In this document: positions 63,606 to 64,000 of the stretch, piece by piece
Layout: the number at the start of each line of letters is the position of its first letter
How positions within the stretch are numbered: position 1 is the stretch's first letter
Origin: a virus
Length of the DNA: 64,000 bases
Strand: one strand, 5' to 3'
Virus record (IMG/VR): IMGVR_UViG_2209111000_000009
Coordinates: 8,867 to 72,866 of that record
Program-made: the position numbers and the translations under genes
The notes under the pieces: model-generated
Seen by the model: the letters and a program-made list of their open reading frames with translations, nothing else
Told to the model about the DNA's origin: nothing
Databases searched by the model: none

Positions 63606-64000
63606 AGTGTATAACTGTAGGTTGTGTCCTCATTATACAATACTCAAACCTGCGTTATAATAAACGGATACCTTACGTAAACATTACTTTAGACATTAAC
63701 GGGCGTCGGTTGACTTACACACTAACCCTGATAAGTGATGAGCCTGTACCAGTACAGCCGAAAGTAGATAATCAGTACAAAAGTCAGATAGACTCCTCTA
63801 GAGACCTACTGCTTAACATCGGTACTAGCATACTCATTGACCCTGTGCTATAATCAGAGGGTGATATATTGGACATATACTCCGCCCGCTCTCGGCAAAG
63901 GACGGGCTTTTTGTGTGAGAATGGTATTCTCCTACTAAGTGAACTTGTCCGCCCTAACCCGGTGGATTTTTTTTTTGCAAGAAAACTTGACACTCCAAAT

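Noticed and set aside
63784-63993. 69-aa minus-strand ORF at the window end
   Set aside because: S-rich with no RBS or motif; the region looks intergenic (extended -10 TGCTATAAT near 63846, GC hairpin with T-run near 63885-63920).

Overview
The whole window is tailed dsDNA phage sequence from a cyanophage (or a cyanobacterial prophage). The host assignment rests on an nblA gene, strong enrichment of the cyanobacterial HIP1 octamer GCGATCGC (at least 18 copies by hand count) and several cyanobacterial-type protein families. No tail sheath gene was recognised, so it is probably a siphovirus. Layout: (1) 1-4.7 kb holds two DNA methyltransferases, three tiny membrane ORFs, and an operon of a DUF4417-like protein followed by four very basic proteins that share only the N-terminal tag MAKGSGGTGxGKxG. 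(2) 4.7-14.9 kb holds a cadherin-like virion protein, a displaced tape measure gene, a 5'-3' exonuclease and an HNH-like gene. (3) 15-21.4 kb holds early-type cassettes separated by a repeated 45-bp promoter-like element, including nblA and two genes broken by single stop codons. (4) 21.4-37.2 kb is morphogenesis with Mu-like head genes (portal inverted). (5) 37.2-37.5 kb has four tRNA-like genes, three with aberrant anticodon arms. (6) 37.5-50.5 kb is replication and nucleotide metabolism: class I RNR, SF3 helicase, HU, ThyA, Tmk and a Pol-gamma-like DNA polymerase. (7) 51-53 kb holds a MutS-I-like domain, a sigma-region-2-only factor and a terminase with an eroded nuclease domain. (8) 53-64 kb has many small early-type genes, including two candidate nucleotide-signal sponge proteins and a HigA-NUMOD4-HNH fusion broken by one TAG. 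All family calls come from motifs read by eye, with no database searches. The best candidates for an undescribed system are the DUF4417 + MAKGSGGTG-tag array and the minimal sigma factor paired with a GGGTAT late-promoter motif.
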